Positions 44,701 to 56,057 of a DNA stretch of 64,000 nucleotides are shown here, piece after piece; the first letter of the stretch is position 1, and each line of letters begins with the position of its first letter. Source of the DNA: Nemertoderma westbladi (Eukaryota > Animalia > Xenacoelomorpha); contig JAUCBJ010008077.1 of the NCBI GenBank assembly GCA_032718475.1, positions 84,189 through 148,188 of the forward strand. Reading direction: 5' to 3'. The position numbers and the translations under genes were made by a program. The notes under the pieces were generated by a model. That model ran no database searches. It was not told the DNA's origin and saw only the letters and a program-made list of their open reading frames with translations.

Positions 44701-45483
44701 TGGTACTTGAGAGGAAGATAAAAATGGATGAAGGTCAGAAAAAATTAGATCAATACAGGATCCAGACGCCGGTCTAGTAATTTTGTTAATAAATTGTTTG
44801 GCATTTAAGGAGCAGCAGAATTGTTGTATAATTAGTGGAGCGGAATTTAGACAATCGGTGTTAAAGTCTCCCAAAAGTATAAAACCACTATATTTCTGTG
44901 ATTGAAGTACAGTAGTGATTTTATCTTGTAGGTCAAGCCAGAACGCCTGAGAGGGGCACGTTGGAGTGTACCCGCACACAAATAATATTTTGAGTTTATT
45001 AACCCAGACATCAATAAATATTAATTCACAATTTGATGTGGAGACATTATATTTGGGTCGGTTAATATGTGGGAGGTCTTCCCTTATGAGAAATCCTACT
45101 CCACCATATCCTGAATTATCACTCCGTGGATTAACATACAAACGATATCCCGGGAACTTTTCCTCCAGTTGCTCACTTTTACATGTATTCTTTTTAAGCC
45201 AAATTTCAGAGAGTGCAATAATATCACATTCCTTTTCATTGAAGAAATTGTTCAAGGAATCGATTTTAAAATTTGGATTTTCTGTTGGAAATAAACTACG
45301 TACATTGAGGTGAGCAATATTAAAAGGCCCGGGATTTTGTTCAATATCACCGGAAAGCAATAACCTTTGTGTTGGGACTAACGATGAATATATATTTTGC
45401 ACACATCCACAAATATACGACCTACGCTGGTTAAATGGTGTGGAAAAACAATTCAGTGTGCTGCCGGTCAGCGACTCCACCAC
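41791..45483 (-). CDS. LINE ORF2 N-terminal part: 2A-like peptide, APE endonuclease, repeat insert, start of RT
   Basis: SGDIEQNPGP, HLNVRSL, IALSEIWL, GGVG, LLGDFN, IDLIF, SDHCP, KAIGPDGI, NYRPISLL. Confidence 0.92.
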   Translation of the reverse strand: MVESLTGSTLNCFSTPFNQRRSYICGCVQNIYSSLVPTQRLLLSGDIEQNPGPFNIAHLNVRSLFPTENPNFKIDSLNNFFNEKECDIIALSEIWLKKNTCKSEQLEEKFPGYRLYVNPRSDNSGYGGVGFLIREDLPHINRPKYNVSTSNCELIFIDVWVNKLKILFVCGYTPTCPSQAFWLDLQDKITTVLQSQKYSGFILLGDFNTDCLNSAPLIIQQFCCSLNAKQFINKITRPASGSCIDLIFSDLHPFLSSSQVPNKLFFGDPVREVSDHCPTLAIFNFNIKKPPLHSRTHWLYKTADWHGYSNYVDSNTCFNDVIKNDPNMLAKQLTRVLIEGRTQFIKNKVVKTRQSDPPWINANLRALFRRREKLHSRAKGTVDNSKSWKQFRHFRNYVQEQVKVSKREHDKILYSQLQDGTRSNPKKWYSVVNATLGRVKTLRIPFLIDGDKVHTEAQDKAECLSTFFAEQSHITNLVKHIPSVRLPIGTFGTPGTSHPIGTPGSQTIGTFGTPCSQPIGTFGTPGTSHPIGTPGSQPNRTFGTPGSQPIGTFGTPGTSHPIGTLGTPGSQTIGTFGTPCSQPIGTFGTPGTSHPIGTLGTPGSQPNRTLGTPGSQPIGTFGTPGTSHPIGTLGTPGSQTIGTFGTPCSQPIGTFGTPGTSHPIGTLGTPGSQPNRTFGTPGSQPIGTFGTPGTSHPIGTLGTPGSQTIGTFGTPCSQPIGTFGTPGTSHPIGTLGTPGSQTIGTFGTPCSQPIGTFGTPGTSHPIGTLGTPGSQPNRTFGTPGSQPIGTFGTPGTSHPIGTLGTPGSQTIGTFGTPCSQPIGTFGTPGTSHPIGTLGTPGSQPNRTLGTPGSQPIGTFGTPGTSHPIGTLGTPGSQTIGTFGTPCSQPIGTFGTPGTSHPIGTLGTPGSQPNRTFGTPGSQPIGTFGTPGTSHPIGTLGTPGSQTIGTFGTPCSQPIGTFGTPGTSHPIGTLGTPGSQPNRTFGTPGSQPIGTFGTPGTSHPIGTLGTPGSQRIGTFGTPGTSDPIGTPGSQPIGTFGTPGTSHPIGTPCSQPIGTLGTPGTSHPIGTPGSQPIGTFGTPGTSHPISTPGSQPIGTFGTPGTSHPIGTLGTPDSQHFGTFGINTNNTNHQEESEALLEDIELTHEDIAEAINDLNPNKAIGPDGIGNRTIKFLAPVLIPILLTLLNLSLRLGIFPDCWKTSNVIPVYKKNEPHLSSNYRPISLLCCLSK
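42117..44025. repeat. In-frame minisatellite (33/36-bp units; 102/204-bp higher order) inside LINE ORF2
   Basis: Encodes repeats of PIGTLGTPGSQ and PIGTFGTPGTSH with no stop over ~1.9 kb. Confidence 0.97.
45325..45363 (-). other. 2A-like (StopGo) ribosome-skipping motif
   Basis: LLLSGDIEQNPGP matches D(V/I)ExNPGP directly upstream of the APE domain. Confidence 0.85.
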
Positions 45484-46028
45484 CGCCCAGGAGTTGTCAA
45501 AAACTAAGAATTTTAATTTTCAGAGTATTAAAACGTGAGAGAACTGGTCGATGGAGGTGCCAATCGGCAGCACACAATACAATTATGAAAAGACTGCGGA
45601 GAGGAAGCCACCAAGGCGCCCAGGGTAATACGCAAATGTCCGTCAATAGGTTTAAGATACAGTACATAACATTTTGTTCAAATGGTGGTGTTTTTAGATA
45701 ACAAAACCCTATTTTATATAAAGTTAATAAGCTGTTGCTGGGCTGGAAATTCAGGCCACAAGCAAACAAGGTACTTAGAAGTAAAGTTTCTAAAAGTTTC
45801 TTTGGACCTACACCTAATATAAAACTTCGTAATCCTACATTGGATAGTTCCATTCCAAACACAGGCTCGAGTACCAGTCAGTAGTCCTTTTCCCACCATT
45901 GTTTAACTTTCTCCCTTACATTCATATGTATAATGCGATAGTATATATTACTTACTAATTTAGGGTATAGGGATGATTATTGCAAGTCGCTGAACCTATA
46001 CTGTATACGGGGACCGATCTAGGATCAA

Positions 46029-47063
46029 TCATTCTCCTTCAGAAACACTGTTGTAGTACGATGAGCCCGACGATCTACCGGTTAAGGTCCCGTCGGTTTC
46101 TTCCTCCTCAAGGTTAACCGTGCTGCTCCTCGACCTCGTTGAAATCATGTGAGAGTTAGGAGTTCCCGATGCAGCCTTTCTCCCTTTTCCTGTAGGGGCG
46201 GCTGTTCCACGGCTGGTACTCCTGGCGTTGCTGGATGATTTGTTGTTCCGGGGAATCCTCGTGTTCCTCCTCGCGCGATTGAATCCGACTCGTATTCGTG
46301 GTCTTTGCTTCCTGGCTTGCCCAAGAAGCTCTTGTAGAATCATGTAAGTCGACGGTATCGGGATGGGTGGTGGAGAACCCTCCGGGAAGATGGATCTGAG
46401 ATCCTCAAATGTTCCAACAGTTAAACCGTCGTCATCATCCTCGTAATGGGTGATTATAATGTCGCCGTTGATCACATGAGCACTGTAGATGGCTCCTTTC
46501 TTCTTTAGCTCCTTCGCGAATTTAAGCAGCTTCATCCGATACGGAGTTAGTTGATCTGACAGATAAACGCCTTTCGGTAGGTTCCTTAAGTTGCGGAAAG
46601 CCTCCGATCTGGCACTGTGGCCGATAAAGCGCACGATAATTGGTCGCGATAAGCTCGCGTCAGCGGAAGATTTGGGGAATTGACCTAGGCGATGGCAAAC
46701 GTCGATTTTATCGGTATTAACATTCAGATCGGTAAGGATGTCCTTCACCAATTTCAGACAGGAATCACGCGACTCGTTGGCGGACTCACTAACACCATGT
46801 ATAAGCACACAGTTACGACGGTAATATTGATTCTGTTGATCACCGGACAAGAACATTTCTAGGAGAAGTTCTCTTTGGCTATAGACTTCATCTTTAACCT
46901 CGTCGACTCTTGCATTTATGAGATCGAGTTTGTGAGTAATATCCTTATGAAATTTCTTGTTTTCCTCGCTTAGATCCCTGAATTGGTTAGACAAGTCTTT
47001 AATAGCAGCGCTGATTTGATCGTTTGAGGTAGTTTTCCCTTCGGATTGTTTCGTAGGAGGCAT
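46029..47063 (-). CDS. LINE ORF1 (coiled coil plus L1-type RRM/CTD RNA-binding protein)
   Basis: QYYRRNCVLIHGVSE, IDVCHRLG, RPIIVRF, VYLSDQLT. Confidence 0.9.
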   Translation of the reverse strand: MPPTKQSEGKTTSNDQISAAIKDLSNQFRDLSEENKKFHKDITHKLDLINARVDEVKDEVYSQRELLLEMFLSGDQQNQYYRRNCVLIHGVSESANESRDSCLKLVKDILTDLNVNTDKIDVCHRLGQFPKSSADASLSRPIIVRFIGHSARSEAFRNLRNLPKGVYLSDQLTPYRMKLLKFAKELKKKGAIYSAHVINGDIIITHYEDDDDGLTVGTFEDLRSIFPEGSPPPIPIPSTYMILQELLGQARKQRPRIRVGFNRARRNTRIPRNNKSSSNARSTSRGTAAPTGKGRKAASGTPNSHMISTRSRSSTVNLEEEETDGTLTGRSSGSSYYNSVSEGE

Positions 47064-47205
47064 GTTCTGTATTGTGATTGGTTTTTGGTCAGCTTACTGC
47101 ATACTGATTTAGGGGGGTATTTAGGCTACCGGTACTGGTGTTTATCTACAGTTCATACCTACCGGTATCAAGCCTATATATATACGGTTTTCTACTTTTA
47201 TGTTG

Positions 47206-50200
47206 TACAGCAGTTAGAACCAGTACTCCTATATGGAGTCCATCAATCAGCAGTTAGAACCAGTGCTCCTATATGGAGTCCATCATACAGCAGTTAGAAC
47301 CAGTACTCCTATATGGAGTCCATCATACAGCAGTTAGAACCAGTACTCCTATATGGAGTCCATCATACAGAGAACCAGTACTCCTATATGGAGTCCATCA
47401 TACAGCAGTTAGAATCAGTACTCCTATATGGAGTCCATCATACAGCAGTTAGAAGCAGTACTCCTATATGGAGTCCATCATACAGCAGTTAGAATCAGTA
47501 CTCCTATATGGAGTCCATCATACGGCAGTTAGAACCAGTACTCCTATATGGAGTCCATCATACAGCAGTTAGAATCAGTACTCCTATATGGAGTCCATCA
47601 ATCAGCAGTTAGAACCAGTACTCCTATATGGAGTCCATCAATCAGCAGTTAGAACCAGTACTCCTATATGGAGTCCATCATACAGCAGTTAGAACCAGTA
47701 CTCCTATATGGAGTCCATCATACGGCAGTTAGAACCAGTACTCCTATATGGAGTCCATCAATCAGAAGTTAGAACCAGTACTCCTATATGGACCCCATAA
47801 ATAAGAAGTTAGAACCAGTACTCCTATATGGAGTCCATCATACAGAGAACCAGTACTCCTATATGGAGTCCATCAATCAGCAGTTAGAACCAGTACTCCT
47901 ATATGGAGTCCATCATACAGCAGTTAGAACCAGTACTCCTATATGGAGTCCATCATACAGCAGTTAGAACCAGTACTCCTATATGGAGTCCATCATACAG
48001 AGAATCAGTACTCCTATATGGAGTCCATCATACAGCAGTTAGAATCAGTACTCCTATATGGAGTCCATCATACAGCAGTTAGAACCAGTACTCCTATATG
48101 GAGTCCATCATACAGCAGTTAGAATCAGTACTCCTATATGGAGTCCATCATACGGCAGTTAGAACCAGTACTCCTATATGGAGTCCATCATACAGCAGTT
48201 AGAACCAGTACTCCTATATGGAGTCCATCATACAGCAGTTAGAATCAGTACTCCTATATGGAGTCCATCATACAGCAGTTAGAACCAGTACTCCTATATG
48301 GAGTCCATCATACAGCAGTTAGAACCAGTACTCCTATATGGAGTCCATCAATCAGCAGTTAGAACCAGTACTCCTATATGGAGTCCATCAATCAGCAGTT
48401 AGAACCAGTACTCCTATATGGAGTCCATCATACAGCAGTTAGAACCAGTACTCCTATATGGAGTCCATCATACGGCAGTTAGAACCAGTACTCCTATATG
48501 GAGTCCATCATACAGCAGTTAGAATCAGTACTCCTATATGGAGTCCATCAATCAGAAGTTAGAACCAGTACTCCTATATGGAGCCCATCAATAAGAAGTT
48601 AGAACCAGTACTCCTATATGGAGTCCATCATACAGAGAACCAGTACTCCTATATGGAGTCCATCATACAGCAGTTAGAACCAGTACTCCTATATGGAGTC
48701 CATCATACTGCAGTTAGAACCAGTACTCCTATATGGAGTCCATCATACAGCAGTTAGAACCAGTACTCCTATATGGAGTCCATCAATCAGCAGTTAGAAC
48801 CAGTACTCCTATATGGAGTCCATCAATCAGCAGTTAGAACCAGTACTCCTATATGGAGTCCATCATACAGCAGTTAGAACCAGTACTCCTATATGGAGTC
48901 CATCATACGGCAGTTAGAACCAGTACTCCTATATGGAGTCCATCATACAGCAGTTAGAATCAGTACTCCTATATGGAGTCCATCAATCAGAAGTTAGAAC
49001 CAGTACTCCTATATGGAGCCCATCAATAAGAAGTTAGAACCAGTACTCCTATATGGAGTCCATCATACAGAGAACCAGTACTCCTATATGGAGTCCATCA
49101 ATCAGCAGTTAGAACCAGTACTCCTATATGGAGTCCATCATACAGCAGTTAGAACCAGTACTCCTATATGGAGTCCATCAATCGGAAGTTAGAATCAGTA
49201 CTCCTATATGGAGTCCATCAATCAGAAGTTAGAACCAGTACTCCTATATGGAGTCCATCATACAGAGAACCAGTACTCCTATATGGAGTCCGTCAATCAG
49301 CAGTTAGAACCAGTACTCCTATATGGAGTCCATCAATCAGCAGTTAGAACCAGTACTCCTATATGGAGTCCATCATACAGAGAACCAGTACTCCTATATG
49401 GAGTCCATCATACAGCAGTTAGAACCAGTACTCCTATATGGAGTCCATCAATAAGAAGTTAGAACCAGTACTCCTATATGGAGTCCATCATACAGAGAAC
49501 CAGTACTCCTATATGGAGTCCATCAATCAGCAGTTAGAACCAGTACTCCTATATGGAGTCCATCATACAGCAGTTAGAACCAGTACTCCTATATGGAGTC
49601 CATCAATAAGAAGTTAGAACCAGTACTCCTATATGGAGTCCATCATACAGAGAACCAGTACTCCTATATGGAGTCCGTCAATCAGCAGTTAGAACCAGTA
49701 CTCCTATATGGAGTCCATCAATCAGCAGTTAGAACCAGTACTCCTATATGGAGTCCATCATACAGAGAACCAGTACTCCTATATGGAGTCCATCATACAG
49801 CAGTTAGAACCAGTACTCCTATATGGAGTCCATCATACAGAGAACCAGTACTCCTATATGGAGTCCATCAATCAGCAGTTAGAACCAGTACTCCTATATG
49901 GAGTCCATCATACAGCAGTTAGAACCAGTACTCCTATATGGAGTCCATCAATAAGAAGTTAGAACCAGTACTCCTATATGGAGTCCATCATACAGAGAAC
50001 CAGTACTCCTATATGGAGTCCATCAATCAGCAGTTAGAACCAGTACTCCTATATGGCCATCATACAGCAGTTAGAACCAGTACTCCTATATGGAGTCCAT
50101 CAATAAGAAGTTAGAACCAGTACTCCTATATGGAGTCCATCATACAGAGAACCAGTACTCCTATATGGAGTCCGTCAATCAGCAGTTAGAACCAGTACTC

Positions 50201-53200
50201 CTATATGGAGTCCATCAATCAGCAGTTAGAACCAGTACTCCTATATGGAGTCCATCATACAGAGAACCAGTACTCCTATATGGAGTCCATCATACAGCAG
50301 TTAGAATCAGTACTCCTATATGGAGCATCAATCAGCAGTTAGAACCAGTACTCCTATATGGAGTCCATCAATAAGAAGTTAGAACCAGTACTCCTATATG
50401 GAGTCCATCATACAGAGAACCAGTACTCCTATATGGAGTCCATCAATCAGCAGTTAGAACCAGTACTCCTATATGGAGTCCATCATACAGCAGTTAGAAC
50501 CAGTACTCCTATATGGAGTCCATCAATAAGAAGTTAGAACCAGTACTCCTATATGGAGTCCATCATACAGAGAACCAGTACTCCTATATGGAGTCCATCA
50601 ATCAGCAGTTAGAACCAGTACTCCTATATGGAGTCCATCATACAGCAGTTAGAACCAGTACTCCTATATGGAGTCCATCAATCAGAAGTTAGAACCAGTA
50701 CTCCTATATGGAGTCCATCAATCAGAAGTTAGAACCAGTACTCCTATATGGAGTCCATCATACAGAGAACCAGTACTCCTATATGGAGTCCGTCAATCAG
50801 CAGTTAGAACCAGTACTCCTATATGGAGTCCATCAATCAGCAGTTAGAACCAGTACTCCTATATGGAGTCCATCATACAGAGAACCAGTACTCCTATATG
50901 GAGTCCATCATACAGCAGTTAGAACCAGTACTCCTATATGGAGTCCATCAATAAGAAGTTAGAACCAGTACTCCTATATGGAGTCCATCAATCAGCAGTT
51001 AGAACCAGTACTCCTATATGGAGTCCATCATACAGCAGTTAGAACCAGTACTCCTATATGGAGTCCATCAATCAGCAGTTAGAACCAGTGCTCCTATATG
51101 GAGTCCATCATACAGCAGTTAGAACCAGTACTCCTATATGGAGTCCATCATACAGCAGTTAGAACCAGTACTCCTATATGGAGTCCATCATACAGAGAAC
51201 CAGTACTCCTATATGGAGTCCATCATACAGCAGTTAGAATCAGTACTCCTATATGGAGTCCATCATACAGCAGTTAGAAGCAGTACTCCTATATGGAGTC
51301 CATCATACAGCAGTTAGAATCAGTACTCCTATATGGAGTCCATCATACGGCAGTTAGAACCAGTACTCCTATATGGAGTCCATCATACAGCAGTTAGAAT
51401 CAGTACTCCTATATGGAGTCCATCAATCAGCAGTTAGAACCAGTACTCCTATATGGAGTCCATCAATCAGCAGTTAGAACCAGTACTCCTATATGGAGTC
51501 CATACAGCAGTTAGAACCAGTACTCCTATATGGAGTCCATCATACGGCAGTTAGAACCAGTACTCCTATATGGAGTCCATCAATCAGAAGTTAGAACCAG
51601 TACTCCTATATGGAGCCCATCAATAAGAAGTTAGAACCAGTACTCCTATATGGAGTCCATCATACAGAGAACCAGTACTCCTATATGGAGTCCATCAATC
51701 AGCAGTTAGAACCAGTACTCCTATATGGAGTCCATCATACAGCAGTTAGAACCAGTACTCCTATATGGAGTCCATCATACAGCAGTTAGAACCAGTACTC
51801 CTATATGGAGTCCATCATACAGAGAACCAGTACTCCTATATGGAGTCCATCAATCAGCAGTTAGAACCAGTACTCCTATATGGAGTCCATCATACAGCAG
51901 TTAGAACCAGTACTCCTATATGGAGTCCATCAATAAGAAGTTAGAACCAGTACTCCTATGTGGAGTCCATCATACAGAGAACCAGTACTCCTATATGGAG
52001 TCCATCAATCAGAAGTTAGAACCAGTACTCCTATATGGAGTCCATCAATCAGAAGTTAGAACCAGTACTCCTATATGGAGTCCATCATACAGAGAACCAG
52101 TACTCCTATATGGAGTCCGTCAATCAGCAGTTAGAACCAGTACTCCTATATGGAGTCCATCAATCAGCAGTTAGAACCAGTACTCCTATATGGAGTCCAT
52201 CATACAGAGAACCAGTACTCCTATATGGAGTCCATCATACAGCAGTTAGAACCAGTACTCCTATATGGAGTCCATCAATAAGAAGTTAGAACCAGTACTC
52301 CTATATGGAGTCCATCAATCAGCAGTTAGAACCAGTACTCCTATATGGAGTCCATCATACAGCAGTTAGAACCAGTACTCCTATATGGAGTCCATCAATC
52401 AGCAGTTAGAACCAGTGCTCCTATATGGAGTCCATCATACAGCAGTTAGAACCAGTACTCCTATATGGAGTCCATCATACAGCAGTTAGAACCAGTACTC
52501 CTATATGGAGTCCATCATACAGAGAACCAGTACTCCTATATGGAGTCCATCATACAGCAGTTAGAATCAGTACTCCTATATGGAGTCCATCATACAGCAG
52601 TTAGAAGCAGTACTCCTATATGGAGTCCATCATACAGCAGTTAGAATCAGTACTCCTATATGGAGTCCATCATACGGCAGTTAGAACCAGTACTCCTATA
52701 TGGAGTCCATCTTACAGCAGTTAGAATCAGTACTCCTATATGGAGTCCATCAATCAGCAGTTAGAACCAGTACTCCTATATGGAGTCCATCAATCAGCAG
52801 TTAGAACCAGTACTCCTATATGGAGTCCATCATACAGCAGTTAGAACCAGTACTCCTATATGGAGTCCATCATACGGCAGTTAGAACCAGTACTCCTATA
52901 TGGAGTCCATCAATCAGAAGTTAGAACCAGTACTCCTATATGGAGCCCATCAATAAGAAGTTAGAACCAGTACTCCTATATGGAGTCCATCATACAGAGA
53001 ACCAGTACTCCTATATGGAGTCCATCAATCAGCAGTTAGAACCAGTACTCCTATATGGAGTCCATCATACAGCAGTTAGAACCAGTACTCCTATCTGGAG
53101 TCCATCATACAGCAGTTAGAACCAGTACTCCTATATGGAGTCCATCATACAGAGAACCAGTACTCCTATATGGAGTCCATCATACAGCAGTTAGAATCAG

Positions 53201-53761
53201 TACTCCTATATGGAGTCCATCATACAGCAGTTAGAACCAGTACTCCTATATGGAGTCCATCATACAGCAGTTAGAATCAGTACTCCTATATGGAGTCCAT
53301 CATACGGCAGTTAGAACCAGTACTCCTATATGGAGTCCATCATACAGCAGTTAGAACCAGTACTCCTATATGGAGTCCATCATACAGCAGTTAGAATCAG
53401 TACTCCTATATGGAGTCCATCATACAGCAGTTAGAACCAGTACTCCTATATGGAGTCCATCAATCAGCAGTTAGAACCAGTACTCCTATATGGATTCCAT
53501 CAATCAGCAGTTAGAACCAGTACTCCTATATGGAGTCCATCATACAGCAGTTAGAACCAGTACTCCTATATGGAGTCCATCATACGGCAGTTAGAACCAG
53601 TACTCCTATATGGAGTCCATCATACAGCAGTTAGAATCAGTACTCCTATATGGAGTCCATCAATCAGAAGTTAGAACCAGTACTCCTATATGGAACCCAT
53701 CAATAAGAAGTTAGAACCAGTACTCCTATATGGAGTCCATCATACAGAGAACCAGTGCTCC
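47206..53761. repeat. Satellite array of 40-bp units with a 35-bp variant, ~6.5 kb
   Basis: Unit cagcagttagaaccagtactcctatatggagtccatcata; each unit contains the dyad ACTCC-tatat-GGAGT. Confidence 0.98.
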
Positions 53762-54303
53762 TGTTAAACTCTGTACGTACTGCAGTAGCAATACAGGAAA
53801 AAACTCATTTATTTTGTGCCAATACATTTCTACCTAAACGGGTGGCCCTTCTAAATTGATTTAGATACTGTTCAGTTATGCGCATGCGCCAGGCCCATTC
53901 CATGTAGGTGATAAGAAGGGCGCTGTGATTGGCCATTTATCTGTTTGCTGGACGAATAAGAAAGCTAGTAGCTACTCATATCCAAGTAAAACCGGTTTAC
54001 TGAATTTTATGCAATGTCAACGAGAACTTACTGGAACCGGTAAAAACCAGTTTTGTTATTATATGGTTGCAAAACAGACCTATATTCTTACAGTATTACT
54101 CTTCAAGATTTTATATTGAATTTTGTTTCAGATTGTATTGAATTTATCTTATATCCAAGTTCTGATTTTGTACCGTTAAATGTATTCGTACCTATAGATA
54201 TGTATTAACCCAATTATTTTGTTTGTGTTGGTAATTTTGCAAATCAGTATGCGATAAAGACATCCAGTGATCGGTTCGGAATTAAAACCCCATTGTTTTA
54301 ACA
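53762..54303 (+). repeat. 5' LTR of element D (minimal extent, TGTTAAA...TTTAACA)
   Basis: Inverted termini; near-identical copy starts at 62518. Identity continues to 55250, so the LTR may be longer. Confidence 0.7.
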
Positions 54304-56057
54304 TGAGAGGCGCATTCTCCGTCTAATATAATTATGGAGTGAGGAGGTCGAGCCGTACCGGCCGACTGCAGGAGCCCAAAATGGATGGATGATGTTACAC
54401 AACACGAGTGAAACATAAGGGCAGTAAGTTGGACTGGGCAAGCCACAAGGGGAGGGGGGTCTCATTAGGTTGATGTACACAATTCCATTAGGTTAACTGG
54501 TGCTTTAACTATTTCCTGTACTTGGGTTTGGGCCAAATTGAACCGGGATACCCCATCATAATAACCACACAGGCATCACGGAAGTGCAAGGGGGGGAGAG
54601 TGTTGATATATATTTGGTATCAGCGCTCATCGTTTTGGCTTAGGTTTGGGTCTCATTGGGATACTAATATTCATTTCACTTCATCTTAAATATTTTGACT
54701 TTGTTGGGGGTGAGTAAGCTTATATACCAAGTTTCAGCTACAGCATTATTCACAGTCCAGAAATAAATGTATTTGGGTATTTAGATAGCTAATCATCTCT
54801 CTCACAATCATTAGTATGACACTCTTACAGTTACTTTACAGAGTAGAAGTGAAAATTAGAGATTTAGTATTGGTATTAGTATTTAGTATTAGTATTTAGG
54901 TTTAGTATTGCGTATAGTTTCCTTCCTTTTACTACCGTTGACAGCGGTGCGGTGTATAGAAATATACAGAATTTGTTTTAGTGGGAAAATTTAAGATAAA
55001 TTGTTATTTATATTTGTTTGTTTACAAATTGTACTCGATACAACCCTTAACTATCGGCAGTTTAGCTTGCAGTATACGTGGTGGATAAGGGGCCATCACG
55101 CTAGTAAATTGTATTAAAGGTTGATAATATTAGCAGGCAGGCAGGGATTCCTCACCAACTGGAGTTTCCTTGTTGAGCTTTATATAGACCCGTTTATTGT
55201 TTTGTTTTCTTTCGAAACTGATACGTATTGCGATAATTTGATACGTATTCTACAGTGGTTATTATGTTAATAAATCTGCAATGTGCTTTAGCGAAATCTT
55301 TTTAACAAATTCTTAGCTGATTTGCGTTGTAAAAAATTATAAATAAATCACAGAGTTGCTATAGCGCCGCCGTTAAGTAAAGTTTGTATCGAGTTTGAAA
55401 GTTTGTAGAGCCAAAAGGGCTGCATTATAAGATTTACAAGAAATTAAAAAATTTATATTTCGCTCGAAATTGTTAGGATAAAATTAGGGTAAATCTACCA
55501 GACAGCCATCAAATTCTCTAATACAACTTACAGGAACATCACTTTCGTCACCGCAACCAATCCGGGATCTGGGGACGTTTGACTTGGTACGCAAGTGAAC
55601 TGATCATTCACGAGGTTGGGACGTGGGACGGCGTCGTTTAGCAGCAATCACAGGTTGGTCGTAGTGTCGATAGGATTGTGCTTGTGGGATCTATAGTTCA
55701 TTTGTGGCTGTTTGAAGGTTTGTTAAAATACTTATGCACAGTATTTGTGGCATACTTGTGCATACAAAATAAATTTGGTGTTGTAATTTTTAAGTAAAAT
55801 TTAAATTACTTCCTTTTGTTGTGTCTTATTGTCCCACCATCCAGGGTCTCCTAAAGTCGAGCCAAGGCTATATTTATGAAATAAATAAAATATAAGATAA
55901 TTGGAAATTAATTGAGTTGTAAAAGTTGTTTTATTTGAATTCACATTTGAATTGGTGTAATAATTTGTAAACTATTACAAGCAAAGAATTTCATTAAATT
56001 AAATTAAAATTAAAATTAAAAAATTTTAATCCATATAAAATATAAAAATCACAAAAA

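Larger units (their letters stand above)
39772..47200 (-). mobile_element. CR1-group LINE (Crack/Daphne/L2-like), near full length
   Basis: 25-nt poly(A) tail (T run 39772-39796), 3' UTR, ORF2 (APE-RT) and ORF1. Confidence 0.92.

Noticed and set aside
47206-53761. CRISPR-like look of the palindromic 40-bp repeats and the small ORFs within them
   Set aside because: No unique spacers, no cas genes and a eukaryotic TE context; the ORFs are repeat translations.
42117-53761. Common origin of the ORF2 minisatellite and the 40-bp satellite (both contain GGAGTAC)
   Set aside because: Only a 7-mer in opposite orientation is shared; unit lengths and the rest of the sequence differ.
54614-54626. TGGTATCAGCGC as a tRNA-Met primer-binding site
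   Set aside because: Not preceded by a CA LTR end, imperfect match, and not the usual BEL/Pao PBS.
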